64,000 nucleotides of DNA from Candidatus Heimdallarchaeota archaeon (lineage in GTDB: Archaea; Asgardarchaeota; Heimdallarchaeia; JABLTI01): positions 10,600-74,599 of the forward strand of contig DXJV01000001.1 in the NCBI GenBank assembly GCA_019056785.1, read 5' to 3'. Shown here in pieces: positions 46,528 to 55,672 of the stretch. The position numbers and the translations under genes are program-made. The notes beneath the pieces are model-generated. The model was not told where the DNA came from and did no database searches. It saw nothing but the letters and a program-made list of their open reading frames with translations. Numbering within the stretch: position 1 is the first letter of the stretch; each line of letters begins with the position of its first letter.

Positions 46528-47175
46528 GTGTTATTATTAATGGCTGATCTTCCTTTTAACCCTGAAAAACCCTTGCCAACCCCCTCAACTTCTCCATGGG
46601 AGAAACAACGATTGAAATTGTGGAATTGGTTGTTATTTGATTTTTTAATGATCCTAGTTGAAAGTGCTTTGGTTATCATTTCCTATGAAATTACTATCAA
46701 AACGAATCCTGATCTTTCTATTTGGAATGCCACGAACATCGTTTTGGCAATTGTTATCTTAATTTGCTTGATTTCAGCCTTAATGCTAATCGGTGTTTTC
46801 ATTACTTTTAATATTACTTCACTAATAGGCGTGATTCAATATTGGCAACTCAAAAAGCTCCTAGAAAATGAAGACTTTGAGGAAGTGAAAAAAAGTGCAG
46901 AGAAAAAATTAAAACAATATACTGCCGGGGCTTCTTCTGACTCTTCTCCGATGATCGATTTTATCATGAACAAGACTTATAACGACAAGGAGTGTGCAAT
47001 AGCGGCTCTATCAGAATTAGAAGGCAAAGAAATAGATGAGCTCCTGTTTACTCTTGCTTTTGGAAAGAAAAAAACGATTGCTTCAAAGTCCATTAAAGCT
47101 TTAGAATACCGAGCAGTAAAAAGAGGTTTTCAATCACTTGGCGACTATCAAGAGTATTTACAAATTCACGAATAA
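46528..47175 (+). CDS. 2-TM membrane protein with HEAT-like C-terminus
   Basis: Two TMs; AIAALSEL..EIDELL..L....SIKAL. Confidence 0.6.
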   Translation: MLLLMADLPFNPEKPLPTPSTSPWEKQRLKLWNWLLFDFLMILVESALVIISYEITIKTNPDLSIWNATNIVLAIVILICLISALMLIGVFITFNITSLIGVIQYWQLKKLLENEDFEEVKKSAEKKLKQYTAGASSDSSPMIDFIMNKTYNDKECAIAALSELEGKEIDELLFTLAFGKKKTIASKSIKALEYRAVKRGFQSLGDYQEYLQIHE

Positions 47176-47215
47176 AATACTTTTATAATTACTTTATAAC
47201 TTTTTATTACTAGAA

Positions 47216-47989
47216 ATGAGTGACACAATTGACTACCTTTTAACAATATCATTTATTATTCTCCCTCTGTTAGGTGGATTTTTCACTGTATATATGTTCT
47301 ATAAAAGAGATGTATTAGAAAAAGAACCTAAGAAGCTCGTCCTTAAAACTTTCCTCTGGGGAGTTGCAATGGGATTAGTAATTATCAGCATTTCTATTCC
47401 CACCTATTTTGTTGCAGAGAGGCTCATTACAAAGTTAAGTAAAGATTGGGCAATTATTTGCTTTATGCTTTCCCTAGTAATTGTCATTGCAATAATTGAG
47501 GAGCTCATAAAAGGCTTTGCTCTTAGATATCTCTGCCAAAAAGGCTTGTCACGAGAAATAAATGGTCTGTTTGATGGGTTCTTTTATGGGGTAATTCTTG
47601 GGACAGGCACCGGAGTTATCGATTCCGTTGCTTATAGTATTTTAGCAACAGATTGGTTTGAAAACTTGAGAATTGTAGTAATCAAATATGTGCGGGTCTC
47701 AGGAACACATGCCTTATTTACCGGCTTGGTGGGGCTGTTTTTTGTCTGGAAACAACTCGAGGGAAAAAAGGCAGTGTATGGTTTTCTCATTGCCATCGAA
47801 TTACATATCGTTTGGAGTTGTGTGACCTATATTTTATATTATTATTTAACGATGCCATGGGTGTTGTATCTCACCAATTTTAGCATTGCCGCAATCTACC
47901 TTACTGGAATGTTCGTCCTCCCATTTTTCTTGATAAAAGCCGATAAAACATTCACGACAATTGAAGTTCAAACGAAGAAAAATCAGTAG
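47216..47989 (+). CDS. prsW: PrsW-family intramembrane metalloprotease
   Basis: D..EKEP, IIEELIK, DG.FYG...G.G, HA.FT, H..W. Confidence 0.82.
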   Translation: MSDTIDYLLTISFIILPLLGGFFTVYMFYKRDVLEKEPKKLVLKTFLWGVAMGLVIISISIPTYFVAERLITKLSKDWAIICFMLSLVIVIAIIEELIKGFALRYLCQKGLSREINGLFDGFFYGVILGTGTGVIDSVAYSILATDWFENLRIVVIKYVRVSGTHALFTGLVGLFFVWKQLEGKKAVYGFLIAIELHIVWSCVTYILYYYLTMPWVLYLTNFSIAAIYLTGMFVLPFFLIKADKTFTTIEVQTKKNQ

Positions 47990-48109
47990 TTTAGGGATAG
48001 AAAGCAAGAAATTATGAAAGTCTCTTTTTTCTTGCAAGCCAAACAATTGACTGATAATGCTAGAATTGTTTGGGAGATATATTTTTCTGAACAGCGAAAA
48101 AATAAGACA

Positions 48110-48258
48110 ATTAAACCGGACGGAGGCGAATGCCCCCGTCGCGGGAAAAGGGAGTTTATTTTTTTATGTATCTTGTTGATACATAAAGGGGGAGAGAGGT
48201 TTATGGGGTGAGGTTTGGATCAAATTAAAGAATTAGTTTTTCCCAAACCTCGTTTTTA
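48110..48258 (-). ncRNA. Candidate ~145-nt three-hairpin small RNA with C-rich linkers
   Basis: Stems GAGGTTTGG/CCAAACCTC, TTTATGTATC/GATACATAAA and GACGGAGGC/GCCCCCGTC; BRE/TATA-like AAAAGCTTTTTAAAG on the minus strand about 20-25 nt upstream. Confidence 0.55.
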
Positions 48259-48443
48259 TTTTCTTCATATTTCTTTAAAAAGCTTTTGATTTAAGAATAT
48301 TTTTTCCGCTTTTTCCTGGAAAAACTTTTTCTTATTTTTTACTCGTTTAAATTCATTACTTTGCACATATCCCTTGGATAATCTTGTTCTTCTTATTCTT
48401 TGAAGTTCATTTCATTTAAAATAAAAAGAACAGGTGTTAGCAT

Positions 48444-48593
48444 TTGAGTGATTTTGACGGTATAGAACGTGAACTTGAAAGTTTGCAAAGAACTTTATAT
48501 GATATCAATCGGCAGTTGGAATATCAGACACGCATCATTGAAAGCGCTCTTGAACGGATGATTCGTTCTCTCGAGCGGCTTGCAAATAAATAG
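48444..48593 (+). CDS. Coiled-coil microprotein A, 49 aa, not in ORF track
   Basis: TTG start with AGGTG SD: MSDFDGIERELESLQRTLYDINRQLEYQTRIIESALERMIRSLERLANK. Confidence 0.72.
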   Translation: MSDFDGIERELESLQRTLYDINRQLEYQTRIIESALERMIRSLERLANK

Positions 48594-48695
48594 CTTTTAA
48601 GTCTTGAAACTTGGTTTGGTTTCTTCTAACATTAAGCTTTTTGTAATATTCTCATAATCCCTCTTTTTTTAATATCATATTTCACGTCAATAATT

Positions 48696-48830
48696 ATGTT
48701 AGAGATTGTTGAGCTAGAAGATGAACTCGAATCTTTACAGTTAGAGTTATTTGAATTACAAGAGGCTTTGCAGCAGCAATATCGATTAATTGAAAAAGCT
48801 CTCAAAGGGATTAATGATTTATTTACCTAA
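48696..48830 (+). CDS. Coiled-coil microprotein B, 44 aa, paralog of A, not in ORF track
   Basis: MLEIVELEDELESLQLELFELQEALQQQYRLIEKALKGINDLFT; shares E.ELESLQ..L......L..Q.R.IE.AL with A. Confidence 0.68.
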   Translation: MLEIVELEDELESLQLELFELQEALQQQYRLIEKALKGINDLFT

Positions 48831-49026
48831 TTTCCCTTCTTCTTGTAATCGCCATTAACTCCTAGAACAAGAAAAGCTTTCGACAAATTTTCTTTCTATT
48901 CTTTTTGCGTAGAAAACAAGTTTTAAAAATCAAATGTAATTGAATCATTTAGCATAGAATGTAATCAATTCTATTGTTGTAGAGGGATACCATTTTAACA
49001 AATGGTTTGAAGAAGGTTAGAAGTTA

Positions 49027-50136
49027 ATGAGCCAAAGTGCTGCCTTAAAATCAAAATTCAGTGTCTTGATTATCGATGACGAAGAAGACATTCGAGAGAT
49101 TTTCGAAGAGATCTTAAAACGCAATGGCTATCCAAAAGTTGAATGTGTGGCAACTGGTGAGGAAGCAATAAAACTTCTCTCTAAAAAGTCGATTGATATT
49201 GCAATGGTTGATCTTAATCTTCCTGATATTAATGGGATGGAGCTTATCTCTAAATTACGGGCAATTGGTCCGGATACTGAATTTATTATTATTACCGGTT
49301 ATGGAACGCTCGATTCTGCCATTAAAGCGATGCAATTCGAAGTCTCTGGTTACTTGGAAAAACCAATTAGTACTGATAAGCTTCTTCGCACTCTTAATGA
49401 AGTTGTAGAGAAACACAACTTGAAGATCGAGAATCGCTTATTCCTTAAGAACTTGGAGAAGGCAAACAAAGAAATCCTCTTTCTAAATGATTTGCTGGTG
49501 AATAATATCAATGCTCTTAACCAATCGCTCCTTATGACTATGATTCAAATTGAAAAATTAAATCCGACAAATGAACAGCGAAAAGTTCTCAAATTATTTC
49601 AACAAGCCATAAGAAAAAACGCTCGGTTAACTCGTAACATTAAGAAATTACGGGCTATTGAAACGAAAAAGAAAGAGGAGCTTAAGGAAGTAGATCTTAC
49701 GAGTACAATTTCAGCAGTGATTAATCGCCTTAGGGATGATTATAGCGATAAAAATTTTGAAATTACTTATAATAAAACAGAACCTTGTGTTATTCTTGCC
49801 GATCACGATTTAAATCATTTAATAACGGAAATTTTTCTTATTGCTATTCTTAATGACCCGAGCCCAAAAATCCGTCTTTCGATTAAATCAGCACTTGTTA
49901 CTGTCGATGGGCGAGTATATCAAAAACTTTCTATTTATGCTTTTAAAATGAAGTGCATCTATGATCAAAAGGATGTAAATCATCCCACAGAATTACTAAA
50001 GATAATAAATGAAAAAGACTTTCAAGACTTGGGGCCATTTATCATAAACGTTCTGATCCGTTTCTACAATGGATTTATTGAGATGCCCCAACCAAAGAAT
50101 CAGAATCATATTGATATTTATCTGCCTTGCCCATAA
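49027..50136 (+). CDS. Response regulator receiver fused to a degenerate histidine-kinase module
   Basis: IDDE, VDLNLPD..G, ITGY, LEKP; coiled coil with DLLVNNIN where HD would be expected; eroded HATPase boxes. Confidence 0.82.
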   Translation: MSQSAALKSKFSVLIIDDEEDIREIFEEILKRNGYPKVECVATGEEAIKLLSKKSIDIAMVDLNLPDINGMELISKLRAIGPDTEFIIITGYGTLDSAIKAMQFEVSGYLEKPISTDKLLRTLNEVVEKHNLKIENRLFLKNLEKANKEILFLNDLLVNNINALNQSLLMTMIQIEKLNPTNEQRKVLKLFQQAIRKNARLTRNIKKLRAIETKKKEELKEVDLTSTISAVINRLRDDYSDKNFEITYNKTEPCVILADHDLNHLITEIFLIAILNDPSPKIRLSIKSALVTVDGRVYQKLSIYAFKMKCIYDQKDVNHPTELLKIINEKDFQDLGPFIINVLIRFYNGFIEMPQPKNQNHIDIYLPCP

Positions 50137-50162
50137 AAGAAGAAAGAAAAAATTTTTCTGAA

Positions 50163-50867
50163 TTAACTTTTCTCAGTTAATTCAGCGCGTTTTTGCCGCC
50201 TTAGAAAGAATTGTAATAATCCAAGTGTAGCAGCAATGGTCAGGAGAATACTAACAAAAGGCGGTCCGGCTGCTGAGGTTGTTCGAGTAGCAGTATAAAC
50301 AATCTCTGTGCCATTCACCGTTTCTGTTATAACTGTTTTTAGAACATTATACCATTCTGCCATAGAGGGGGCATAAAGAGAAGAGAACATTAACACCCAA
50401 AACATTACAAAGAGCGCTAAATAGGGGAAGAAGCCACTAAAAATCACTTCTTTAAAATTCCATTTGAGTTTAAAGAGAAAATAACCGCCTGCTGTAATTG
50501 CTGCATAAACTCCGATAAGTAGGAAAAGCCACCATCCTGTTTTCGCTCCAAAAAGTCCCAACAAAACGCCGGCAACGCATCCGGATAAGATCTTTATCCA
50601 ATATAATCGTTGATTATCGTCTAGGTCCCGCATTTTTTGTAGTTGCCGTTGAAACCATTTCATCTCTTTAAGAGGTTTCTCGATCTTTTCTTCTTTCTCA
50701 AAGCCTTCAGGAACTTCGTATTCGTCATAATCGATTGCTTCGGGTTTTTTCACGTCCATTCCATCAAATTGATCTTCGTATTCACTTAAGTCAACTTTTT
50801 CTGCTTTTTTAGGTTCTGCCTTTTTAGACTTTGAGGAACCTTTTTTTGTTGGTTTCTTTTTTGACAT
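50163..50867 (-). CDS. EMC6/Rab5ip(OPTI)-like membrane protein with charged N-tail and extra C-terminal TM
   Basis: LYWIKI.SG..AG.L.G....G..F......L..SGFF.YLALF..FW.L.FS three-TM pattern. Confidence 0.62.
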   Translation of the reverse strand: MSKKKPTKKGSSKSKKAEPKKAEKVDLSEYEDQFDGMDVKKPEAIDYDEYEVPEGFEKEEKIEKPLKEMKWFQRQLQKMRDLDDNQRLYWIKILSGCVAGVLLGLFGAKTGWWLFLLIGVYAAITAGGYFLFKLKWNFKEVIFSGFFPYLALFVMFWVLMFSSLYAPSMAEWYNVLKTVITETVNGTEIVYTATRTTSAAGPPFVSILLTIAATLGLLQFFLRRQKRAELTEKS

Positions 50868-50882
50868 CTTAGGTGTTCTCCG

Positions 50883-52907
50883 ATGAAAGTAGCTATGACA
50901 AATTTCGATATAAATGCAATCATTACCGAGCTTTCACAGCGATTAAGCAAAAGCGAACTTAAAAACATTTTTGAACTTAACGATATATTCTTTTTTAAAT
51001 TCAGAACGAAAACAGAAGGCACCCAGTTTCTTGTCGTCGAGCCCGGTAAACGAATCCATCTAACAAAGTATAAGCGAGACTTCCCACCAAGCCCCTCAGG
51101 CCTGTGCAAAGTCTTTAGGCAGCATATAAAGGGAAAATGGCTTCAATCAATTGAACAATATGACTTTGACCGTATTTGCGTGATGAAGTTTGAAGCCTAT
51201 GAAAAAGTGTACACACTAATTATTGAACTCTTTAGTAAAGGCAACATCATTTTGTTGAGTCCAGAAGGAAAAATCCTTGTCGCAAAAAATTATAAAAAGA
51301 TGCGTGACCGAGATATCCATCCTGGCATTGAATTTAAGTTTCCACCCAGTAGTGGCCAGAATTTCTTAAAAGCCGATCTTGATTGGATTCAACAACAATT
51401 TTCTGAACGGAAAGAAAAAGACATTCTAACTTTAATTTCAAAGACTTTGAATATTAATAAATTGTATGCCCAAGAAATTTGTCTCTTGGCTGAGGTGGAT
51501 CCAAAATTAGCTGGTGAAGAGCTCCCAGAGGAAGTTGTCCAAAAATTACTCATAGGCATTACGAAATTACGTGAGAAAATGAAATCACTTGCCCCGGTAA
51601 AAGTGGTGCATGGAGAAACAAACGAATTAATTGATATCATCCCCTTTTCTTTAAAAGTCTACGCGCAGTATAAGGAGGAACCCTTTGATTCATTCTCAGA
51701 AGCATTGGATTTTTACTTTAGCACGATGGACTCTGAAAAAGAGTCAAAGGTGGAGCTTTCAGCAGAGGCAAAACGGATTAAACATTTACAAGAAGTTAAA
51801 CGAAAGCAAGTTGAACATATCGAAGAAATGACTTGGCAAGCAAAGAAAGAGAAAGAAAAAGCGAATGCAATTTATCTTTACCTAAATGAGGTGGATGAGC
51901 TTCTTTCAACAATAACCAATGCTCGGCGTAAAAATGTTCCATGGACGGAAATCAAAGAAAAACTTGCAAAGGCCGCAAAAGAAAATAGAAAAGGTGCTCG
52001 CCTTCTTAAAAAAATCAATGAGAAAAACAAAACTGTGGTGTTGACTCTAGACGGGAAGGATATTGTTGTTGACTTTTTAAAATCGGCTTCAGAAAATGCA
52101 AATAATTTCTACTTGCGCGCCAAAAAAGCAGAAAGTAAAATTCCAGGTGCACAAAAGAAAGTTCAGGAATTAACTGAGCAGATCAAGAAGTTAGAGTTAG
52201 GACTTGAAACTTTGGCAAAAAAGGAGCGTATATTAATAGAGAAACGCAAGCGGGAATGGTATGAAAAATTCCATTGGTTCCGTTCTTCCGATGGCTTTTT
52301 AGTGATTGCCGGCAAAGACCAAAGAACAAACGTAGACTTGACAAAGAAATACCTCGAGAAAGGAGACTTGTTCCTCCATGCAGACATACACGGAGCAGCA
52401 GTAGTGATCATCAAGGGTGAAGGAAAAACAATTCCGCAAAGTACGATCGATGAAGCTGCAATATTCTCTGTGAGTTATTCTAAAGCGTGGAAGGATCGAT
52501 TAAGTACAGCAGATACTTATTGGGTGACACCAGAACAAGTGTCCTTTTCAGCTCCTTCAGGAGAATATCTCGCAAAAGGAAGTTTTATTATCAAAGGAAA
52601 GAAAACTATCCTAAAAAACATTCAACTTGAAATTGCTGTAGCACCAGTAATAGAGGAAAAATGGGCGTATGTATTAGCTGGACCATTAGCAGCATTGAAA
52701 GCAAATCCTAAAATTCTCAAGGAAAAAATCATAACAGTCATTCCTGGAGATATTTTAAAGAGCAAAATCGCTAAGAAAATTGTGAATCGCTTTTTAGAAG
52801 GGTTAAGTGATAGTGATCGAGCAAAAGTTGCAGCAGTTGCCCTAAATGAGCTCATTTCTCATCTCCCTGGAGATTGCTTCATAAAAAATGAATTGGATAA
52901 AAAATGA
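50883..52907 (+). CDS. rqcH: Ribosome quality-control factor Rqc2/NEMF (RqcH)
   Basis: FDRI, IELF..GNIIL, ENA..FY..AKK, WYEKFHWF.SSDG.LVIAGKD, HADIHGA, SGEYL.KGSF.I.G. Confidence 0.95.
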   Translation: MKVAMTNFDINAIITELSQRLSKSELKNIFELNDIFFFKFRTKTEGTQFLVVEPGKRIHLTKYKRDFPPSPSGLCKVFRQHIKGKWLQSIEQYDFDRICVMKFEAYEKVYTLIIELFSKGNIILLSPEGKILVAKNYKKMRDRDIHPGIEFKFPPSSGQNFLKADLDWIQQQFSERKEKDILTLISKTLNINKLYAQEICLLAEVDPKLAGEELPEEVVQKLLIGITKLREKMKSLAPVKVVHGETNELIDIIPFSLKVYAQYKEEPFDSFSEALDFYFSTMDSEKESKVELSAEAKRIKHLQEVKRKQVEHIEEMTWQAKKEKEKANAIYLYLNEVDELLSTITNARRKNVPWTEIKEKLAKAAKENRKGARLLKKINEKNKTVVLTLDGKDIVVDFLKSASENANNFYLRAKKAESKIPGAQKKVQELTEQIKKLELGLETLAKKERILIEKRKREWYEKFHWFRSSDGFLVIAGKDQRTNVDLTKKYLEKGDLFLHADIHGAAVVIIKGEGKTIPQSTIDEAAIFSVSYSKAWKDRLSTADTYWVTPEQVSFSAPSGEYLAKGSFIIKGKKTILKNIQLEIAVAPVIEEKWAYVLAGPLAALKANPKILKEKIITVIPGDILKSKIAKKIVNRFLEGLSDSDRAKVAAVALNELISHLPGDCFIKNELDKK

Positions 52908-52994
52908 ATGGTTTTCAGAAGAGGCTTTGTCTTCTGATTTTTTATTCTGAAGAGCTAACTTGAATGAGCGTTTAGTACTAAATTGCAAGCGATG

Positions 52995-53303
52995 CTATTG
53001 AATGTCAATATTAGATGGATCGTATCCTTCAGCAACAAGAAGGTCCTTTATCTTATAACGATGGTCACCTTGTAACTCGATAACGCCCTCTTTATTTGTC
53101 CCACCACAAGCGCATTTGTTCTTCAAACGTGTGGTGAGAGCATTAATATTGACTTCTTTCGGATTTAACCCCATTATCAGAGTTACTTCCCGTCCCCACT
53201 TTCGAGTTTCAATACGTACCTTAATTCTTTGTTCTTCCTTAGCAATGGTTTGACACATGCATAACTCTTCAGGAAGGCCACACTTTGAACAGGTTCTTGG
53301 CAT
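52995..53303 (-). CDS. sui1: Translation initiation factor SUI1/aIF1
   Basis: CSKCGLPEELC.C, LK.KCACGGT.K...IELQGDH. Confidence 0.95.
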   Translation of the reverse strand: MPRTCSKCGLPEELCMCQTIAKEEQRIKVRIETRKWGREVTLIMGLNPKEVNINALTTRLKNKCACGGTNKEGVIELQGDHRYKIKDLLVAEGYDPSNIDIQ

Positions 53304-53453
53304 AATTTCTGTCCTCTAAATTTTTACCTCACATTTTTTTTAATAGGTTAATTGTTTATTTGACTTATATCTTTAAATAGTTTTTCGATAAGAGAAGAAA
53401 AAAGTATTTTTTAGCTTGAAAATGAATAAAAAAAGAGAAGAAAAAATCCCACA

Positions 53454-53945
53454 TTAGCTTCCTTCGTTTTCGATGAGTTTGAAAGCTTTTTGTAAGATTT
53501 TCTTTTGGGAGGGAAACGAGATAATTCTTAATGATTCTTCTTTGGTGAACCACTGGCCTTTGTCAAAATTCCCTTTTTCCACTGAAATGTTGTCTTTATC
53601 ATTTACGTCTTCATAAAGAAAGAAATGGACTTCCTTAGTAAGCTTTTTCTGATTTTTTGTTTTGAACCAGTAGTTTGTTTTGTCAATTTTCTGAATAAGT
53701 TTGATATTTTGGAGTCCCGTTTCTTCCTTTACTTCCCTGTGTGAAGTATCCTCGAGGCTTTCGCCAAGCTCATTTCGGCCTTTAGGGAGAATCCATTTGT
53801 GGGTATTTTGGTCACGGATTAAGACAACACGGATCTTGTTGTCTTTACATTTGCGATATACAACTCCCCCGGCAGATACTTGGTCTATGCTTTCATCGAT
53901 GCCATTTTTTCGGTAAAGTTCAATGTTTTTCTTATATTTGCTCGT
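53454..53945 (-). CDS. Nudix hydrolase (Ap4A hydrolase-like) with no canonical start codon; not in ORF track
   Basis: Open frame SKYKKN..QVSAGGVVYR..W.LPKGRNELGESLEDTSHREVKEETGL..KEVHFFL; intact Nudix box; best start is ACG at 53945-53943 after GGTG. Confidence 0.8.
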   Translation of the reverse strand, partial: TSKYKKNIELYRKNGIDESIDQVSAGGVVYRKCKDNKIRVVLIRDQNTHKWILPKGRNELGESLEDTSHREVKEETGLQNIKLIQKIDKTNYWFKTKNQKKLTKEVHFFLYEDVNDKDNISVEKGNFDKGQWFTKEESLRIISFPSQKKILQKAFKLIENEGS

Positions 53946-54149
53946 TTTCTTTACACCAACCCTTTTTCTTATAGTTTGATATTTCTCGAATAGCTAGCTA
54001 AATCCCAAAAATACTTATTAAACTCCTCAGACAACTCTGAAATTTTAGCACGTAACAAAATGATGCCTCTTACAATAGGCTGACAAATAGAATAGTCAGC
54101 CAAGTTAATAGTTAATTTTAGTTTTTGGTAATTTTAAACCTTATGCTGA

Positions 54150-55502
54150 TTAATTTTGTAGTGATAACCTATTCCATTTGTTTCTTTTTGCCCAAAATCG
54201 CTTGTAGAACGGATTCAAATAATGACTTGCAGGTACTTCTTGCACCTTTTCTATCCATTCGTCCTCTTTTTTCATGGCTTGAAGTATTTTTTGGCGAGAG
54301 AATTCTTTCAACTCCACTGATGTGGGATTTTGTTTCAGAAAGCCTTCTGTCTCTTCAATAAATTGCCTTTCAAGAGCATCTCGCTCCTTTTTGTAGCTTG
54401 GTAAACGGTTTTGATAATCTAATAGAACTAACCTATGAAGCTTCTCATGTTGCCACCAGAGGTTTTTAGGATCATAAAAAGCCGTTGTTTTTGGTTCAAT
54501 GGCAGCTACAGCTCTTGGCATAAAAAATGGCTTAAAAATCGATGTACACGGGCTGGATGTTCCAGTTATCCAATGGATCTGCAGTTTTTCACCTACTTCA
54601 GAAACCATTGAAATTGTTGTTTGGGAGGGGTTCAAAAAATTTTTGGCATGGACACAGAGAGAGTGAAAGGAAGCATCTTTCGCCGGAGTCCAGTCTTTTT
54701 TTACTGGTTGATGGTCGCGTAAAACTTGCATCATATATGCCACATCAATTTCTTTTTTCTTCTGTTGAAGTAAATATGAAGACCGTTTATAGCGTGCATT
54801 CCCTTTTGCGACGATTTGCTCAATCTGTCGTTTTGCTACATAATGAGTATAAAAGTCAAACTTTTCAGGGTCTTTGCACCACCCCTTTTCAACTGCATGT
54901 TCAACTAGCTCCGGATGATGAATGTCACCTTCCCCTCGGATTGTGATTGTGTTTGAAATTGTTCTGATATCTTTCACTTGCTCTGCAATCCAAAATCTAT
55001 CGGCAGTTTCCAACACCCAGGCTTCTTGTTTATCAGCAATGAGAAATGAGTTGTGATAGAATTCTTTCTTTCGGTAGCCACAATTGCCTCCTTGGCCATA
55101 TAATTCTAATAAATCAATAATGACTTCCAGCGCTGCTCTGGCAGATTTCCCTCGCTCTAAAGCGAACCTTAAAAGGTCCATTCCAATAAGACCGCCTTTT
55201 TTATTATACTTTTCTTTGGTAAACACCGCTTCATTTCCAATAACAACGCCATATTCATTGGCGCCCATTTCGCCACCGAAAATCCAAATTGGTTTACACA
55301 AAAGAATTTCAGCTGTTTCTCTTACTTGTGGAATAGAGATATAAGTGGCTTGAACTTCTGAGCCTTTCGAATGAATAGTTCGAGGAACGTGAACAATTTC
55401 TGCAGGCTCATCAGGCTGGCGGTCGCTGTTTTTAGCAAAAAGAACTTTCTTACCCCGTGTCACATTGGGAAGGGCAACCATGGTGTCACACATTTTTATC
55501 AC
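54150..55502 (-). CDS. Secernin / C69 dipeptidase (Ntn hydrolase)
   Basis: MCDTMVA, FAKNSDR..DE, EMGANE.GV.IGNEA, YHNSFLIAD..EAW.LET. Confidence 0.92.
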   Translation of the reverse strand: MIKMCDTMVALPNVTRGKKVLFAKNSDRQPDEPAEIVHVPRTIHSKGSEVQATYISIPQVRETAEILLCKPIWIFGGEMGANEYGVVIGNEAVFTKEKYNKKGGLIGMDLLRFALERGKSARAALEVIIDLLELYGQGGNCGYRKKEFYHNSFLIADKQEAWVLETADRFWIAEQVKDIRTISNTITIRGEGDIHHPELVEHAVEKGWCKDPEKFDFYTHYVAKRQIEQIVAKGNARYKRSSYLLQQKKKEIDVAYMMQVLRDHQPVKKDWTPAKDASFHSLCVHAKNFLNPSQTTISMVSEVGEKLQIHWITGTSSPCTSIFKPFFMPRAVAAIEPKTTAFYDPKNLWWQHEKLHRLVLLDYQNRLPSYKKERDALERQFIEETEGFLKQNPTSVELKEFSRQKILQAMKKEDEWIEKVQEVPASHYLNPFYKRFWAKRNKWNRLSLQN

Positions 55503-55672
55503 ACATTTTACTTCTAAAGTCGAAAAATACTATCTATTTAAATAATATATGCTTTTCTGGAGGGAAAAAAGTTAAAGCGCATTCAATGAACTAATCAAAA
55601 AGCTTTGTTGGCAACAATTTTTTAAACGATTGACAAGCATAATAGAGCAAGAAAATAAAGGAGCAAAGAAAA

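Noticed and set aside
48014-48211. 65-aa + strand ORF
   Set aside because: No recognisable protein features, and it runs across hairpins better explained as a minus-strand structured RNA.
53365-53916. ORFs 53365-53553 (-) and 53701-53916 (+)
   Set aside because: These are off-frame or antisense shadows of the Nudix gene.
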